Source: Octopus sinensis (lineage: Eukaryota). Taken from it: a DNA stretch of 64,000 bases. The first letter of the stretch is position 1. Each line of letters opens with the position of its first letter. Below are positions 41,280 to 55,604 of this stretch, piece by piece. The notes under the pieces were generated by a model. The model saw only the letters and a list, made by a program, of their open reading frames with translations, made no database searches and was not told the origin of the DNA. Made by a program: the position numbers and the translations under genes. Location: the NCBI RefSeq assembly GCF_006345805.1, contig NC_043003.1, positions 95,232,001 through 95,296,000 on the forward strand, in the 5' to 3' direction.

Positions 41280-42050
41280 CAGTGTACATTTAAACACATA
41301 AGAGATGGCCATAACAGGACATCTGACTCTCTAGAAGGAGTAGTTAAACGCCAAACCACTATTAGGGGTAATTTCGAAAGGGAATGAAAAATAAAAACAT
41401 TTACTCTCTATTTCCTGTACCATGGTTTCAAGCTATCTTCAGCAAATAAAATAATTTACTAGGCGAAGCTCTCATGAGCAGGAAAGCCAAGATTAACCTA
41501 TAAAGACGAAGCGATACAGAACATACCTCGTGTTTACATGTTATAATTTTTCAAAGTCCACCGCGCAAGCGCGTTTTTTTTTTATCGGCAGCAAATACAA
41601 AATATGCCGATTTTCTTCCAAAATTAGCCCCAAATCATTATATCGTTATTAATAAATTCCAGGACAGCCAAAAAATTTTGAAAATTTCTTTGCTACAAGT
41701 GGTCTAGCAGGAAGAAAAAACTAGTCAATAGACTATATATTATTCATATAAAAATACAATGTACATCTAAACACATATAAAAATAAAAACATTTACCCAC
41801 AATAGAGGGTAAATGCTTTTACTTTTCATTCCCATTCGAAATTACCCCTAATAGTGGTTTGGAGTTTAACTACTGCTTCTAGCGGGTCCGATGTCCTGTT
41901 ATGACCATCTCTTATGTGTTTAAATGTACACTGTAGTTTTATATGAACAATATATTTAGTCTATTGACAAGTTTTTTTTTTCTCGATGGACCACTAGTAG
42001 CAAAGAAATTAAAAAAAAATTTTTTGCTACCTTGGAATTTATTAATAATA
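41278..42050. mobile_element. Rearranged Penelope-like 3'/pLTR remnant with nested inverted repeats, between (TA)n tracts
   Basis: 41278-41410 is the inverse of 41803-41935; 41646-41778 is the inverse of ~41915-42050; a hammerhead motif lies inside. Confidence 0.6.
41409..41448 (-). ncRNA. Minimal type I hammerhead ribozyme motif
   Basis: tatttg-CTGAAGA-tagctt-GAAA-CcatgG-TA-caggaaata; palindromic stem III ACCATGGT; stem II almost absent. Confidence 0.6.
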
Positions 42051-42053
42051 ATA

Positions 42054-42141
<88 letters not shown>

Positions 42142-42397
42142 CGTGGATGTGTGGATATATTCTTCATATGATTACCGTCAAAGGATTGTGGCTGTGTTGA
42201 AGTATCGCAATGATGGATCTTTACTCTATGACAGTTCCAATACTTCAATTTGCTATATGATTGTCGTTCTATATTTCCCTAATTGGCTGAATTCGAATGA
42301 AAATGCGACAGCGCTGAAGGTGCTCTGTGATCCACTTAAGCGCTTACACTAATAAAGCCATGAACATGTAAACATAGTACATGTGTATAGATGCATG

Positions 42398-42453
<56 letters not shown>

Positions 42454-42893
42454 ATGTATATAGGTTTAAATATATATGTATATATACACATTTATTAATA
42501 CATATGGCAACATATATATGCGCTTATATACATTTAGGTACATATCAAGATACAAACAGCGTAATAAGTATGCGTGTGTGTACTTGCTAGTTCCCAACAT
42601 TTGAAAAATACTGTTGGTTTGTTTACGTCCCTGTAAATTAACTGTTTGACAAAAGAGAGCAATAGAATAAGTATCAGACTTTAAAAATATACTTCGGTCG
42701 TCATTATCATCATCATCATCATCATCATTATCATCGTCGTCGTCGTCCTCATCATCGTCATCATCGTCATCATCATCATCATCATTATCCTCCTTCTCCT
42801 CCTCCTCCTCCTCATCATCATCATCACCATCGTCATCGTCCTCATCATCGTTGTCGTCATCGTTTCCATTGTCGTCGTCATCGTCTTAATCGC

Positions 42894-42937
<44 letters not shown>

Positions 42938-43211
42938 TTATTTTCCTATATCCCTCCTCTTTCTATAGGCTACTTCTGACGTTATATCCTATAAGGTTTT
43001 TTTGAAACAATCTTAATAGTGCTCAGTTAATCACTATACATATCCATCATTTTCTGTTAAAATGTCTTATTGACGAGTTACATTTCTTCACTTCCCTGAA
43101 GAGAAAATCACATTGTTTTACACCAAATTATTCCTTTGGAATAATACCAGTGATATCTTCGAAACATGTGTCGGAAGTAAAAGAATTTGAATTACACTTG
43201 CGTTTAACTCC

Positions 43212-43278
<67 letters not shown>

Positions 43279-43374
43279 ATATAAAGGGAAAGTTTACGAA
43301 AATAAACAAAAGACGAAGGCAGATGGAGTACAAACAAACAAATGTATTAGTATAGCGCTCAGGAATAGAAAAAA

Positions 43375-43412
43375 GTCTTTTACGTTTCGAGCCTACGCTC
43401 TTCGACAGAAAG
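43375..43412 (-). ncRNA. Minimal hammerhead-like motif with variant core
   Basis: cttt-CTGTCGA-a-gagc(gtag)gctc-GAAA-CG-TA-aaag; stem I cttt/aaag; ACGT palindrome at stem III. Confidence 0.5.
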
Positions 43413-44221
43413 ATATATATATATATCTGTGTGTGTGTGTATGTGTGTGTGTGTGTGTGTATGCATACACTGAATTGTATGACGTTCTACCTTTGCAGAC
43501 GACACATTACGTGTGCTCCATTGGAATATTAAAAATAAAAAAGGGAGGTTTTTACAAAAAAGGTTGTTCATTTAGCAACGATGGAATTGCTTTATGAATT
43601 ACTGGTGAAAGGATATCAATATAATCAGGTGTATTCTTTCGTGACAAATAAGTCAAAAATTGTTATTGACGTAGCTGTTATTTTTGTTGTTGTTATTATC
43701 TTTATTTTTGTTTAACGCTCGGTCAGTTCTAATAGAGTATACTTATAATCAAAATGTTCTAACCGTATCTCTTGTCTGTTCTTTTTCTTTTCATCATATA
43801 TCAATGTCATCCACTGTATCTATGCGACCCTCAATTAGGATATTTGAGGGATTTTGGCTTTATTTACAATATGATGAGCAAATTACATAGATGCTTCAAG
43901 TCGGTTCATTTTGTTGTTCTTGTTGTTGTTTAGCTTCGACTCAATACTATTTATGGCGACCAATAAATCAAAGGTGCTTCTAGCCGTAACCATTCAGTAT
44001 TCTTGATGTCTTCATCCTCTGTGACCATCTGTATCAGTGAATCAATCAATCGCACAATTTATTTACTTCACGATGCTCGTCTCCCAGTATCGTCGTCGTT
44101 GTTGTCGTCGTCATCGTTACCATTGTTATCATCATCATAATCATTTTCATCATCATCATCATCATCCACGTCGTCGTCGTCATCATCATCGTCGTTGTCA
44201 TCATCGTCATCATCATCATCG

Positions 44222-44253
<32 letters not shown>

Positions 44254-44347
44254 GTTACTAACATCATCACCATCATCCTCATCATCGTTGTCGTCGTCGT
44301 CATCATCATCACCATTATCATCGTCGTCGTCGTCCCCATCATTGTCG

Positions 44348-44387
<40 letters not shown>

Positions 44388-44443
44388 TATCATCATCGTT
44401 ATCATTATCATCATCACCATCGTCATCGTCCTCATCATCGTTG

Positions 44444-44482
<39 letters not shown>

Positions 44483-44674
44483 ACATCATCGTTTCCATTG
44501 TTGTCGTCATCGTCTTAATCGCCATTATTATCATCATTATCATTTTCCGACTGAATTGCATTTTATTTCATCTTCCGACTGAGACCTGAGACACGTATAT
44601 GTTAGATAGAGAAAATCTTCCTGAAAATATGGGTGGTTGTTGATTTTCCAGAGATCCGATCAAAAAAAAATTGT

Positions 44675-44940
44675 CAGTACCTTTCTTGATCATTCCTAGA
44701 GCCTACAACAACAAGGATGGTTTTGGTTTCTAATTGCCACGTCCTAAATATCTCAATGTTAAGGTCATTATATTTCGACAATTTCTTCAAATTCCCTTGC
44801 TAGGATGTTTCTGTCAATAGGCACTGTCATATCAATTAACAGCCATGTTTTTTGTTTTAGGTCTTTGATGACGATGTCTTGTGCGTTATCATTTATTTGC
44901 CTGTCTATATGTATCCCATAAGTTAATAACATTCTATCCC
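44675..44940 (-). mobile_element. Old R4/Dong LINE endonuclease fragment
   Basis: QDIVIKDLKQKTWLLIDMTVPIDRNI, a degenerate PD-(D/E)xK region. Confidence 0.7.
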
Positions 44941-45272
44941 CCCAGTAACTGGCTCTGAATAGTGATCTTAGGATGACAGTAAAAGGGGTTTGCTATTATG
45001 TACATTTAAAAGTACTTTTGATAATTTTCACAAATTAAAATGTCTTTGGAATTACATAGACAATCTTTTGTTAGGGTATGAGCAGTTCCCATGAGCACTA
45101 CTTTTTGGAATTTCTTCTATTTTTGGATTTCTTCTTCTTCTTCTTCTTCTTCTTCTTCTTCTTCTTCTTCTTCTTCTTCTTCTTCTTCTTCTTCTTCTTC
45201 TTCTTCTTTTTCTTTTTCTTTTTTCTTCTTCTTCTCCTCCTCCTCTTCCCCTGTCTTCTTCTTCTTCTTCTG

Positions 45273-45326
<54 letters not shown>

Positions 45327-45795
45327 TTTTTTTTTTTTTCTTCTTTCTTCAAGTTTTCTTCCGTTTCTCGCCGAGTGTTTTCCATACACCTAGGGCAGAG
45401 AAACTCATTGTATGCATTCCCAGATTACACGCGCAAATTCACAGACAAAATATATATTTAAAAATTAATAAATAAATAAATTCATGGATGGATGTTGTTT
45501 TCACAGCGATAATGCTCTTCTCAGTACATGAGCCGTTCCAGTTAATACGATTTTTTGCACTTCCTGTAGGGATGGTAAGCCTGGAATCATTTTCAAATAG
45601 GTTTCAGTACCTTTTTTTATCATTCCTAGAGATCCTACAATCACTGGTACTGTAGTCGCCTTGAGATGCCACATTTTTTCAATTTCTATTAGCAAGTCTT
45701 TATAGTTACTTATCTTGTCAAATTCTTTCGCCGCTATATTGTGATCGCAAGGAATACTCATGTCAATTAATAAACACATCTTTTTTGTCTGATCT
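45327..45795 (-). mobile_element. R4/Dong-clade LINE 3' end (RLE C-terminus, 3' UTR, poly-A) embedded in (TAA)n
   Basis: CLLIDMSIPCDHNIAAKEFDKISNYKDLLIEIEKMW...VPVIVGSLG...GTAHVLRRAL, stop at 45501; (TAT)n on both sides. Confidence 0.88.
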
Positions 45796-45846
45796 TTATT
45801 ATTATTATTATTATTATTATCATTATTATTATTATTATTATTATTA

Positions 45847-45967
<121 letters not shown>

Positions 45968-46469
45968 CTTTGTCTTCCAGGCTCAAGGATTGTTTTGTTT
46001 TGTTTTTGTGTTTTTCTATTGTATTGGTAATACTCTACAAAATATGTGTGCAGTGCTCGGTTTGCTATTTTCTGTATGTTTCGTATATTTCTAAAGCCTG
46101 GGCTTCTGGTTTTGTATTCATCAGTATCTTTTCATTCCTTTTCCAAAGCGTTAATTGTTATTGAAGGGGTGGTTTCCATTTTTAAAATTTACATTTTGGT
46201 TCCCGTTATTCACAAATATTTGTATAGTTTTTACTTTTCTTTTAGTGATTCAACACCTGTTGAGACAGATGCTGAGAAAACCACAATGGGGTGAGTAGTT
46301 TCTTTCCCTTTGCGCAACATAACAATATCCAGTCAATTTGCTATGATTTCCGTGTTTGTGTAGATTAACATGTCCCAAAACATGGTTAAATTAACTGAGG
46401 AACACAGAATTAAGGTATTAAATCTGTTTTCTAGGCAAATTTTGGTTGCTCATTCTAAACAGGCCTTCA

Positions 46470-47936
46470 TTTTTTGTCCAACAGCTTTGGTTATCGAGAT
46501 GGCGTGCCCTTTCAGGGTATGCTGGCAGCAGCTCACCCAGTTCTTCAGCGTCGGGGTGTCCCTCTTTCTAGCGCCACTCTATCGTCCATCGCTGACCATC
46601 GAATGCCGCCCGAAAATCCTTGTCTTCAATGGCGTAGGTAGTGCAGCTCCTCGCGGGGCTCTGCTCCCGCCCACATTCCTGACTCAAGGCGCACGACGCC
46701 TCCACGGCGTCTTCTCCAACACTGATACTTCCAAGGCGGTTGATCTCGTCCATCCCAATTACTACGTCAATTCCGTCTACCACGTGGTCGATCACGATCG
46801 CCCGCAGCCTTAGCGTTGTGCCTCGCACCGCTATATCCACACTACTGCTACCCTTGCATTCGATTTCGCTGCCGTCGACTGCCCGAACGCTACTCGTCCC
46901 CTTCCATTTCTTTATCACCTTCAGAGTCACGAGAGTCGTCGTGCATCCCGTGTTCACGAGGACCTTGAACGAGTGTCCCCTGACCACGACCTCAACTATG
47001 TTCGAGGATGAAGTTTGAGAGGTAATAACTTCCCCGTGGCCTTTTCCCTGGCTACAATTTCGGGCCATATGCCCAGTCTGTTTACACTGGTAGCAAACCA
47101 GCCCGGGCTTCGTGCAGTCCCTTGCCATGTGCGGTCCTTGATCCTTAAAACACTGACCTATGAACGGCCGCTGTCGTTCTACAGCAGGCCTCTTTTCGTC
47201 CTTCACCGGCCGTGGCGTATCGTCGTATATTTCTGCAGCCGCCACCCCCACTGCCTTCTGCCCGGTGTTTTGTGTCAACACACAGGCTTGAACGACGAGC
47301 TAATTCATCGCCATTTTGTTGCCGCCTGGCAACTGTTGTAGTCGCACCGACACGTCGTCAAGAAAGCCATTCACAAAGGCTAGTTGCGCTACTTTTTCAA
47401 GTTCGTCACCGGTAAGACCAGACAACACAACCAGCCTCCATACCTCCGCAGCGTGTTCATCGACCTGTTCCCCTCTCCATCTGATCGTTCCCAGCTTAGC
47501 AAAAGCTTTGACCTTTCGAATCCAGTCTACTACGTCACCTTCGCCATAGAAAGGTTTGATGGCATCACTGCCGATTCTTATCTTCGCTGCCTTCATATAT
47601 CAAGGGGACAACGACGTCTGTATACAATTACCAAAATAGTTTGTCGTGCGTGGAAAATGAAAAGAGGTTGATCTACCTTCTTTTCTCGCCTGCACCTGTC
47701 TAGTAGTAGTCACTCCAGCGATCCTGCCCTGCTCTGTCATCCAGTATAAGCAGCTGCTATCTGACCAATCCGGGAACGAATTCCCTGACGTTCATTCACG
47801 ATGCCTCGGCCGGTCAAAAGAAGCCGGCTCGGCCGGCCCTGTCCTGTCTCTCCTGCACTTCCCTTCTCACGCTCCTCTTCCGGTCAGTCCCTTGACCATT
47901 GACGTTATGTCCCTCTTCTTCCGGCTCATCCCCACA
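46470..47936 (-). mobile_element. Ty3/Gypsy LTR retrotransposon fragment (possible 5' LTR, gag, protease)
   Basis: Zinc knuckles CFKDQGPHMARDC and CYQCKQTGHMARNC; protease VLVNTGC (DTG mutated) and ..VIGMD. A GC-rich block starts TGTGGGG at 47936 on the minus strand. Truncated before RT. Confidence 0.8.
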
Positions 47937-48098
47937 GAAATGCATGGTGGTTGCTTCATATAATATCCATTTACTTTAACAGATACACGTATTGTATATG
48001 AATCTTTTGAGAAATGCATATGATATCTTCCATATGATATCCATTTACCTTAACAGATAAAACAGTATTGTACATAAGAACTTAAAATTTCATTGCAG

Positions 48099-48175
48099 TG
48101 AATCTGTAAAGAAGAGTGAGTCATTTTTACAGAAACTCAATAATATACCAAGCCTGTTGAAGAAGAAAAAGTCAG
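48099..48175 (+). CDS. 77-bp internal exon of SAM-domain gene
   Basis: tttcattgcag|T GAA TCT...AAG TCA G|gtaaat encodes (N)ESVKKSESFLQKLNNIPSLLKKKKS(E). Phase 2 in and phase 1 out match both neighbours. Confidence 0.7.
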
Positions 48176-48446
48176 GTAAATTTCTTTGATATACAAAACT
48201 GAAGATTATGTAAATACGTTTCTTCAAACTACACCACAATTGTTGATGTCAATTTAGGCAATACGAAATCACCAGGGCCAATTTTGGCATTCACCCCTTT
48301 GGTGTCAATAAATAAAGTACCAGTCAAGTACTGGGGTCGATTTAATCAACTATACTCCCGACTCCTAAAATTTTCTATTTATGATGTAGTTTACTTTGCT
48401 GAATGATTTTGAATAGCTAAAACAAGTTGAAGAAAATTATTGTAGA

Positions 48447-48530
<84 letters not shown>

Positions 48531-48935
48531 TGTATGTGTGTCCGTGTGTTTGCATGTACGTTTGTGTGTGTGTGTGTGTGTATGGTAACTCATAATGATG
48601 GGAGAAATTTTAAACGCAGGACACTAGAACTGGTATAAGTGCATTCCAATCATTATCGAACACACGTACACACACACATGCACACAGAAACAAACGCACA
48701 CACACGCACACGTTAATGGCAAACTGCAAGAATGAGTGCTCATCATCGCATTCGGCGGATAAACATATTAAGCATATTTGTGAAGTAACAATTCTGCCAA
48801 CGGTTTCATGCGGCAAACTTCGCAATTTTAAAACGTTCCATTTAAGAAATTTTGGTCATCCATACTGGAGACGAATTAAGACGGTTGGATATATAATATA
48901 TAAGTATATATATATATATAATATATATATATATA

Positions 48936-48974
<39 letters not shown>

Positions 48975-49143
48975 ATATATAATATATATTATAATATATA
49001 TAGAATGTATGTATGTATGTATATATGTATGTAATGTATATATATGTATGTATATATATATATGTATGTATGTATATATATATATATTATATATATGTAT
49101 ATATATATGTATATTATTATATATATATATATATATATTGTAT

Positions 49144-49243
<100 letters not shown>

Positions 49244-50336
49244 CATACATTATACATTCATACATGTATACATGCACGAACGCATTCGTGTATATAGGCA
49301 TGCATGTACATGTATGTGTATAACCCGAAGCTTGCTACTTACCTCAGTTTATTTGCCAAATTTCTGATATAGACTTCTTCTAAAGCAAGAGTTCCATGTT
49401 ATCGTTGGTTTGCTTACGGTCTTTCCTCTGTGATAGAGTACATATTAAGAGGTCCACACTCAGACCATATCTTTCTTCTTGCCTTGTAATAACAGTCATC
49501 CGGGATTGGTTAAACGGGCTCCTACTGAGTTTACCGTAGTTGTGAGTTCATAGGAGTTTCAATGATGATCAAAGTTCGCAAAAACACTTCCCGTCTGCAT
49601 ATCGTCAGACGATATCGATTTATATCAATAGTCCCATGAGAATAGCACAAAAGAAAAAAAAGAATTAAAAAATTGAAGAATTTCATTCGAAACGTTTCCA
49701 TTTCAGGCTGGTAGTATAAAAAAATGCCTTCATTTCCAATATGACAACATCAAAATTTTGGTGTATCCCTGGTGGTTAGCTATTATAGGAGAGACAATCC
49801 CGTCTAGATTAAGTTAAGATGAGGTAGGTTTGAAAGTTTGAAATTTACATAAAAAAATAAAGGTGTGCAGAGCATAAACTGTTACCATTTTTTTCCACAC
49901 ATTTTAAGTACCTTAAAGTTTCTAGTCAATGACAGTTATATGCAGCGCTATTTCATCCTTCTTTAGGATCGTCAGCACCCCACCCCACAAACTTTAATGT
50001 CAGATCAACTTAAATGCTGTGTCCAAAGTTCAACTGATTTCTGTTCTTAATTTTTAAAACAGCAAGGAATATGTTGTAGAGATGAAAGACAAGAACAATT
50101 ACAGATGAATTTTTCAATTGCACTTAAGGGCTTTGTTTACTGCACTACTTAGAGTAGAGTATTTATTTTTAAATTATTCATTTATTACACCAGTTGTGTG
50201 GAGATATCTGATACCCTTTTTCCGTTTTTTAAGATTTCCATTTTCTCTATTAATTATATATCCCAGCGTTATGAAGGGAAAATGTCTTACTCCACAGTAT
50301 TCTTTCCAAACGATAACGATGATGATGATCCTCACT

Positions 50337-50383
<47 letters not shown>

Positions 50384-50826
50384 AATTATTATTATTATCA
50401 TCAAGGCGGCAAGGTGGCAGAATTATTAGCACGCTGGGTGAAATGCTTAGCGGCATTTCGCCCATCACTACATTCTGAGTTCAAATTACAACGAGGTCGA
50501 CTTTACTTTTCATTTTTTTCGGGGGTCGATAAATTAAGAACCAGTTGGAACAGATTTCTGGGCTGTCGTCTTATGTAATTAGAGAGTATTTTAAAGAATA
50601 TATTATTATAAAATTTTAGGTTCAGATTTAATTAAATCTATAACTCAAAATATAATTCAAAGATGAATATAAACATTAAGTTAAAATAGAATAAAGTTAA
50701 AATAATCTATTTAATCTTAAAATATATAACTAAATATTCCACTTATATTTTTTTAACCAAAAAACAATACAAAAATACAAAATTATAAATACTTAAAACT
50801 TTATATACATACATACATGCATACAT

Positions 50827-50873
<47 letters not shown>

Positions 50874-51022
50874 ATAAACAACTAGGCGCAATATAAGACC
50901 GTAAAGGAATTATTTTATCGTCACTAATTATGACTGAGGGTAGTGAAGCACTTACATTGCAAGAAATAGGAGTTAAAAACTCTTAATGCTGTATGAAGCG
51001 CACAATATATATACACTAACGG

Positions 51023-51083
<61 letters not shown>

Positions 51084-51120
51084 ATATATTTGTGCTCTTC
51101 ATACAGCTTTAAAAGTTTTT

Positions 51121-51460
51121 GTTAGCACGCTGGACGAAATGCTTAGCGGTATTTCGTTTGCCGCTACGTTCTGAGTTCAAATTCCGCCGAGGTCGACTTT
51201 GCCTTTCGTCCTTTCAGGGTCGATAAATTAAGTACCAGTTACGCACTGGGGTCAATATAATCGACTTAATCCGTTTGTCTGTCCTTGTTTGTCTTCTCTG
51301 TGTTTAGCCCCTTGTGGGTAGTAAAGAAATAGGTATTTCGTCTGCCGCTACGTTCTGATTCAAATTCTGTCGAGATCTACTTTGCTTTACATCTTAAGAG
51401 GTCAATAAATTAAGTACCAGTGAATCGACTATTCTCCTCCCGCTAAATTTAGTAGAAAGG
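51121..51460 (+). mobile_element. SINE-A with partial tandem second unit
   Basis: Same unit junction (taaagaaataggtatttcgtctg) as in the 793-1705 array. Confidence 0.8.
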
Positions 51461-51645
51461 ATTATTATTATTATTATTGCTTAGTGTTGTTATTCTTAAC
51501 ATATCATCTTCATATTAGATAATGAGAATAAGAACATTAGATTTAAAAAAAACATCTGACGGTTAGCATAGAATAAACAGTTACTTTTTATTGCAGAATA
51601 AATTAGTAAAATGCATAGCGACATTTTCATAAGAAATAATCATCC

Positions 51646-51684
<39 letters not shown>

Positions 51685-51686
51685 GT

Positions 51687-51970
51687 GAAGGCGCGTGTCT
51701 TAATGGTGAGGGTATTCCTCTCACGATCTTAAAGTCATGAGAAAGACACTTTATTTCACGTTCCTCCAGTCCACTCAGCTGGCATAAAATGAGCAGTACC
51801 TGTATTTAAAAGTTTCAGCCTTGTCACATTCTATGTCACACTGAATCTCCCTGAGAACTACGTATCTATGGAGTGCTTGAGTCTTCATCCACTTGCACAT
51901 TAATTTCACGAACAGGCGGTTCCGTTGATCGGATCAGCTGCAACCTCATCATCGTAACCGATGGAGTGGC
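51687..51970 (+). mobile_element. SINE family D with internal deletions
   Basis: Homologous to 14575-14898. Confidence 0.7.
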
Positions 51971-51973
51971 ATA

Positions 51974-53237
51974 TTAGGTTGGCAACTAAGTTTCCGCCGT
52001 TCTTCTTACATTGCAATTTTCAAAAGGTTTAATAACAAGTATCAACTAATCACCCAATAATGCATTCACCCTTGTTCTTTACAACTTCTTCCCAACGTTC
52101 AACAAGATTTTCAATACCTCGTTGGTAGAAATCACCCGATTTCGACTCAAAAAATTGATCCAACCAAGCTCTCAATTCTGCATCAGTATTGAACGAAACT
52201 CCGCTCATAGCATTTGAAATAGATCGAAAGAGGTGGAAATCCGTTGGTGTCAAATCAGGAGAGTACGGCGGATGTGGCAGCACTTCCCGACCATGCATTT
52301 GAATGGCTTCCTTGGTCATATTGGCGATATGAGGGCGGACGTTGTCGTTCGTGCAGTAGAAGAACTAGATGCTGCCGATGAGGTCTTTTCTCTTGAATAG
52401 CCGTATCGATTCGTTCCATCTGTTGAACATAGAGTTCCGCGTTGACCGTTTGGTTCCGTTCAAGCAATTCGTAATGGATAATCCATTCCCAGTCCCACCA
52501 TACACACAACATCATTTTACGCAGATGAAGATCTTGTTTCACGCGTGGTGTCGCTTGTTTACCGGGGCTAAGCCATTCCTTATGCTGCTTCATGTTGATG
52601 TACAGGCGCCATTTTTCATCGCCGGTAAAGATTCGGTAAAGAAATCGTTGCTTGTGTCCATGAGTTGAGCGGTGACGAGCAAGCAAACCAGCGAAGATTG
52701 TGGCTCGTTGATTTTTGTTGTTGTCACTTAAAGCATGCGGAACCCATACTCCATACTTCTGAACCTTTCCCATTGAGTGAAGACGCTTCCATTTTCTCTG
52801 CCAGTTCCCTTGTCGTTTGACGAGAAATTCCGTGCAAAAGTTGTTTTAATCGCTCTTCATCGAACTCAACTGGATGGCCAGAACGAGATGCGTCTTTGAG
52901 GTCAAAATTTCCATTTTTGAACTTGGCATACCAATCACGAGCGGTTCTTTCACCTGTGGCACCCTCTCCATACACAGCACAAATGTCGCGAGCAGCTTTT
53001 GCGGCCTTACAACCTTGATTAAAAGCAAAAAGATGTCGAAAATGCTCGTTTTTCTTAATCTGTCATTCCATTTTAATGATCTGAAAATAAACAAAAATTA
53101 ATTAAAATTAACTAGAAAAAAAAAACAGATTCTAAAATGATTCAAAAATAGAATTCTCGAAAAAATAGATTCCAAAATTTAAAAACGCAATAAATTCCAA
53201 AATTTAAAAAAACGGCGGAACTTAGTTGCCAACCCAA
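51974..53237 (-). mobile_element. Near full-length mariner (~1.26 kb), frameshifted transposase, mellifera-subfamily-like TIR
   Basis: TA|ttaggttggcaactaagtttccgccgtt...aacggcggaacttagttgccaacccaa|TA; WVPHAL, TGDEKW and HPPYSPDLTPTD motifs. Confidence 0.93.
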
Positions 53238-53919
53238 TATATATAATTTATTTGAAAAGTTAATTAGTACATTGATATATTTAAGTGATTTGAGTGTTTG
53301 TTTTTATATTTATAGTTTTATATTTAAAATTTTATTTAAAAAGAATTTTAATACACTTGCTGTGCTGCCAATATTCTTTACTGAGCTTTATGAAATACTT
53401 TCCAACTCTGTCCATTACCTAAATCCTCATCAGATGGATACATACCTTACTCTTGAAACTTCTGAGATTTATTAAAAGAAAATTTTTAAAAAATATTTAT
53501 ATGAATTTTTAAATTAGATTTTACCTATTGAGAATCAGTTTATTTTAAAATGTTATGGACAATTCAAAATGTAAGGAAAAGAAAGCTAATTGTCTTTATT
53601 GCCTGGATAAGTGTAATATTGGTACTGCATAAATAATAATATTTAAATATATATATATTTATTTTATGCATAAAGTATGAATACTGACAGTTCAGTTGTT
53701 TGAATAGGAAAATATTGGCCTCTAAAATTTTCACATGAAATTTCTCATAAAATTTTATAAGAAAAGGTGTTTTGCTCATTTGAGAAAGTACTTACGTGTA
53801 TCTCAATAGAAATGTTTAAACTTTCAAACAAAACGACAAAAACTGAAAATATTTGAAAAATGAAGAATAATGTCACTTAAATTCATGTAACAAAGCAATG
53901 AAAGTATTTACAGTCTCTC

Positions 53920-54069
53920 GCGTGGCTGTGTGGTAAGAAGTTTGCTTTTCAGCCACATGGTTCAGTCCCATTGCGTGACAATTGGGCAAGTGTCTGTATA
54001 TACGGCCTCGGGCCGACCAAAACCTTGTGAGTGGATTTGGCAGACGGAAACTGAAAGAAGTGTCTCTCC

Positions 54070-54154
<85 letters not shown>

Positions 54155-54390
54155 CAGTGTGTGTGTGTCTCTGTGTCTACGTTTGTCCCCATAACCGCTT
54201 CACAACCGGTGTTGGTATGTTTACGTCCCCGTAACGTAGCAGTTGGGCAAAAGACACCGATAGAATAAGCACCACGCTTTACAAAATAAATAAATAAATA
54301 AATAAGAATAAAACTTGAATTCGTTGACTAAACTTCTTCAAGGTGGTGTTCCAGAATGGCTTCAGTCTAATGATTGACACAAATGAAATC
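53920..54390 (+). mobile_element. Diverged SINE family C
   Basis: Colinear with 14143-14546. Confidence 0.8.
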
Positions 54391-54856
54391 TTAAATAAAA
54401 TCTATAAAAGTTTAAAGATTCGTGTTGCTCATTACTGCACACCTGGATATTATTCGGAAACCTCCTTATCTAAACATATTTAGTACACGCATAGCAATAA
54501 ATAGAAAAGAGAGTAAAGAGTTAAAGGTGGAAATACATCAGTCCATCGTTGGGTGTATTCTTCTTTCTGCCTAGAGGTTCTTGGCTGTGCCATCGGATTA
54601 TTAACGTTGCTGCCCCAAAATGAAGCTCGACCAGTCTTAATAGTAGTTTTCGCTGGATAATTGGATTGGATCAATGTGTTATACAGCACCTTGTCCGAAC
54701 AAGGCAGCATGCATCTCGAGAATTGAACCCATGATCTTACAATCAAGGCCTCACCTCTAAGCTATGCATCTTCTCATGACTAATGATATTAGTTTCTTTA
54801 GTTTCCAAATTTTATCTCCTATTAGAGAAAAATCAAGATAAACCTCGATAATTGGC

Positions 54857-54947
<91 letters not shown>

Positions 54948-54953
54948 TAGATA

Positions 54954-54989
<36 letters not shown>

Positions 54990-55604
54990 CGCACCAACAT
55001 ATATGAAGGAGATAATTTTAAATATAATAGAATTCAAGCAAAATTTTGATAGCATGTATATCTATATACATAAAGAGCTGCATCTTAAATGCAGACTTAC
55101 AAATGCACATGCATGTGCACAAACACTGACACACATACACACATATAACCGCGAGTGTTTTATTGTATGTATGTATGTATGTATGTATGTATGTATGTAT
55201 GTATGTATGTATGTACGTATGTATGCTGTTCTCTCTCTGCATTTAATTTCGAGTAAATTTTGAACGGCCACCTACTTGGTAGCATGTTTGTGAAGGTAAG
55301 TATATTGTTTTAACCACCATCCTTTAAATCTAAAGAAGGGTCTTATAGATTTTTATTGTCCAAGATAGCGTGATCATTTGTAGCATATGAATTAAATATG
55401 TGCATTCTCTCCCCAAGATCACAAGTTCAGCCGTACTTTGCTCCATGTTATGTATTCTGTGCTCCATTAAGAATAGATGTGAAGTTGAAAGTGTATCTTG
55501 GGTACTGGATTTTCAAACTATGTATGTATGTATGTATGTATGTATGTATGTATGTATGTATGTATGTATGTATTCTTATAAATATATTCACTGAATATTT
55601 TTAG

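Noticed and set aside
44037-44561. His-rich, Met-rich or Ser-rich proteins
   Set aside because: Different frames of one (CAT)n microsatellite.
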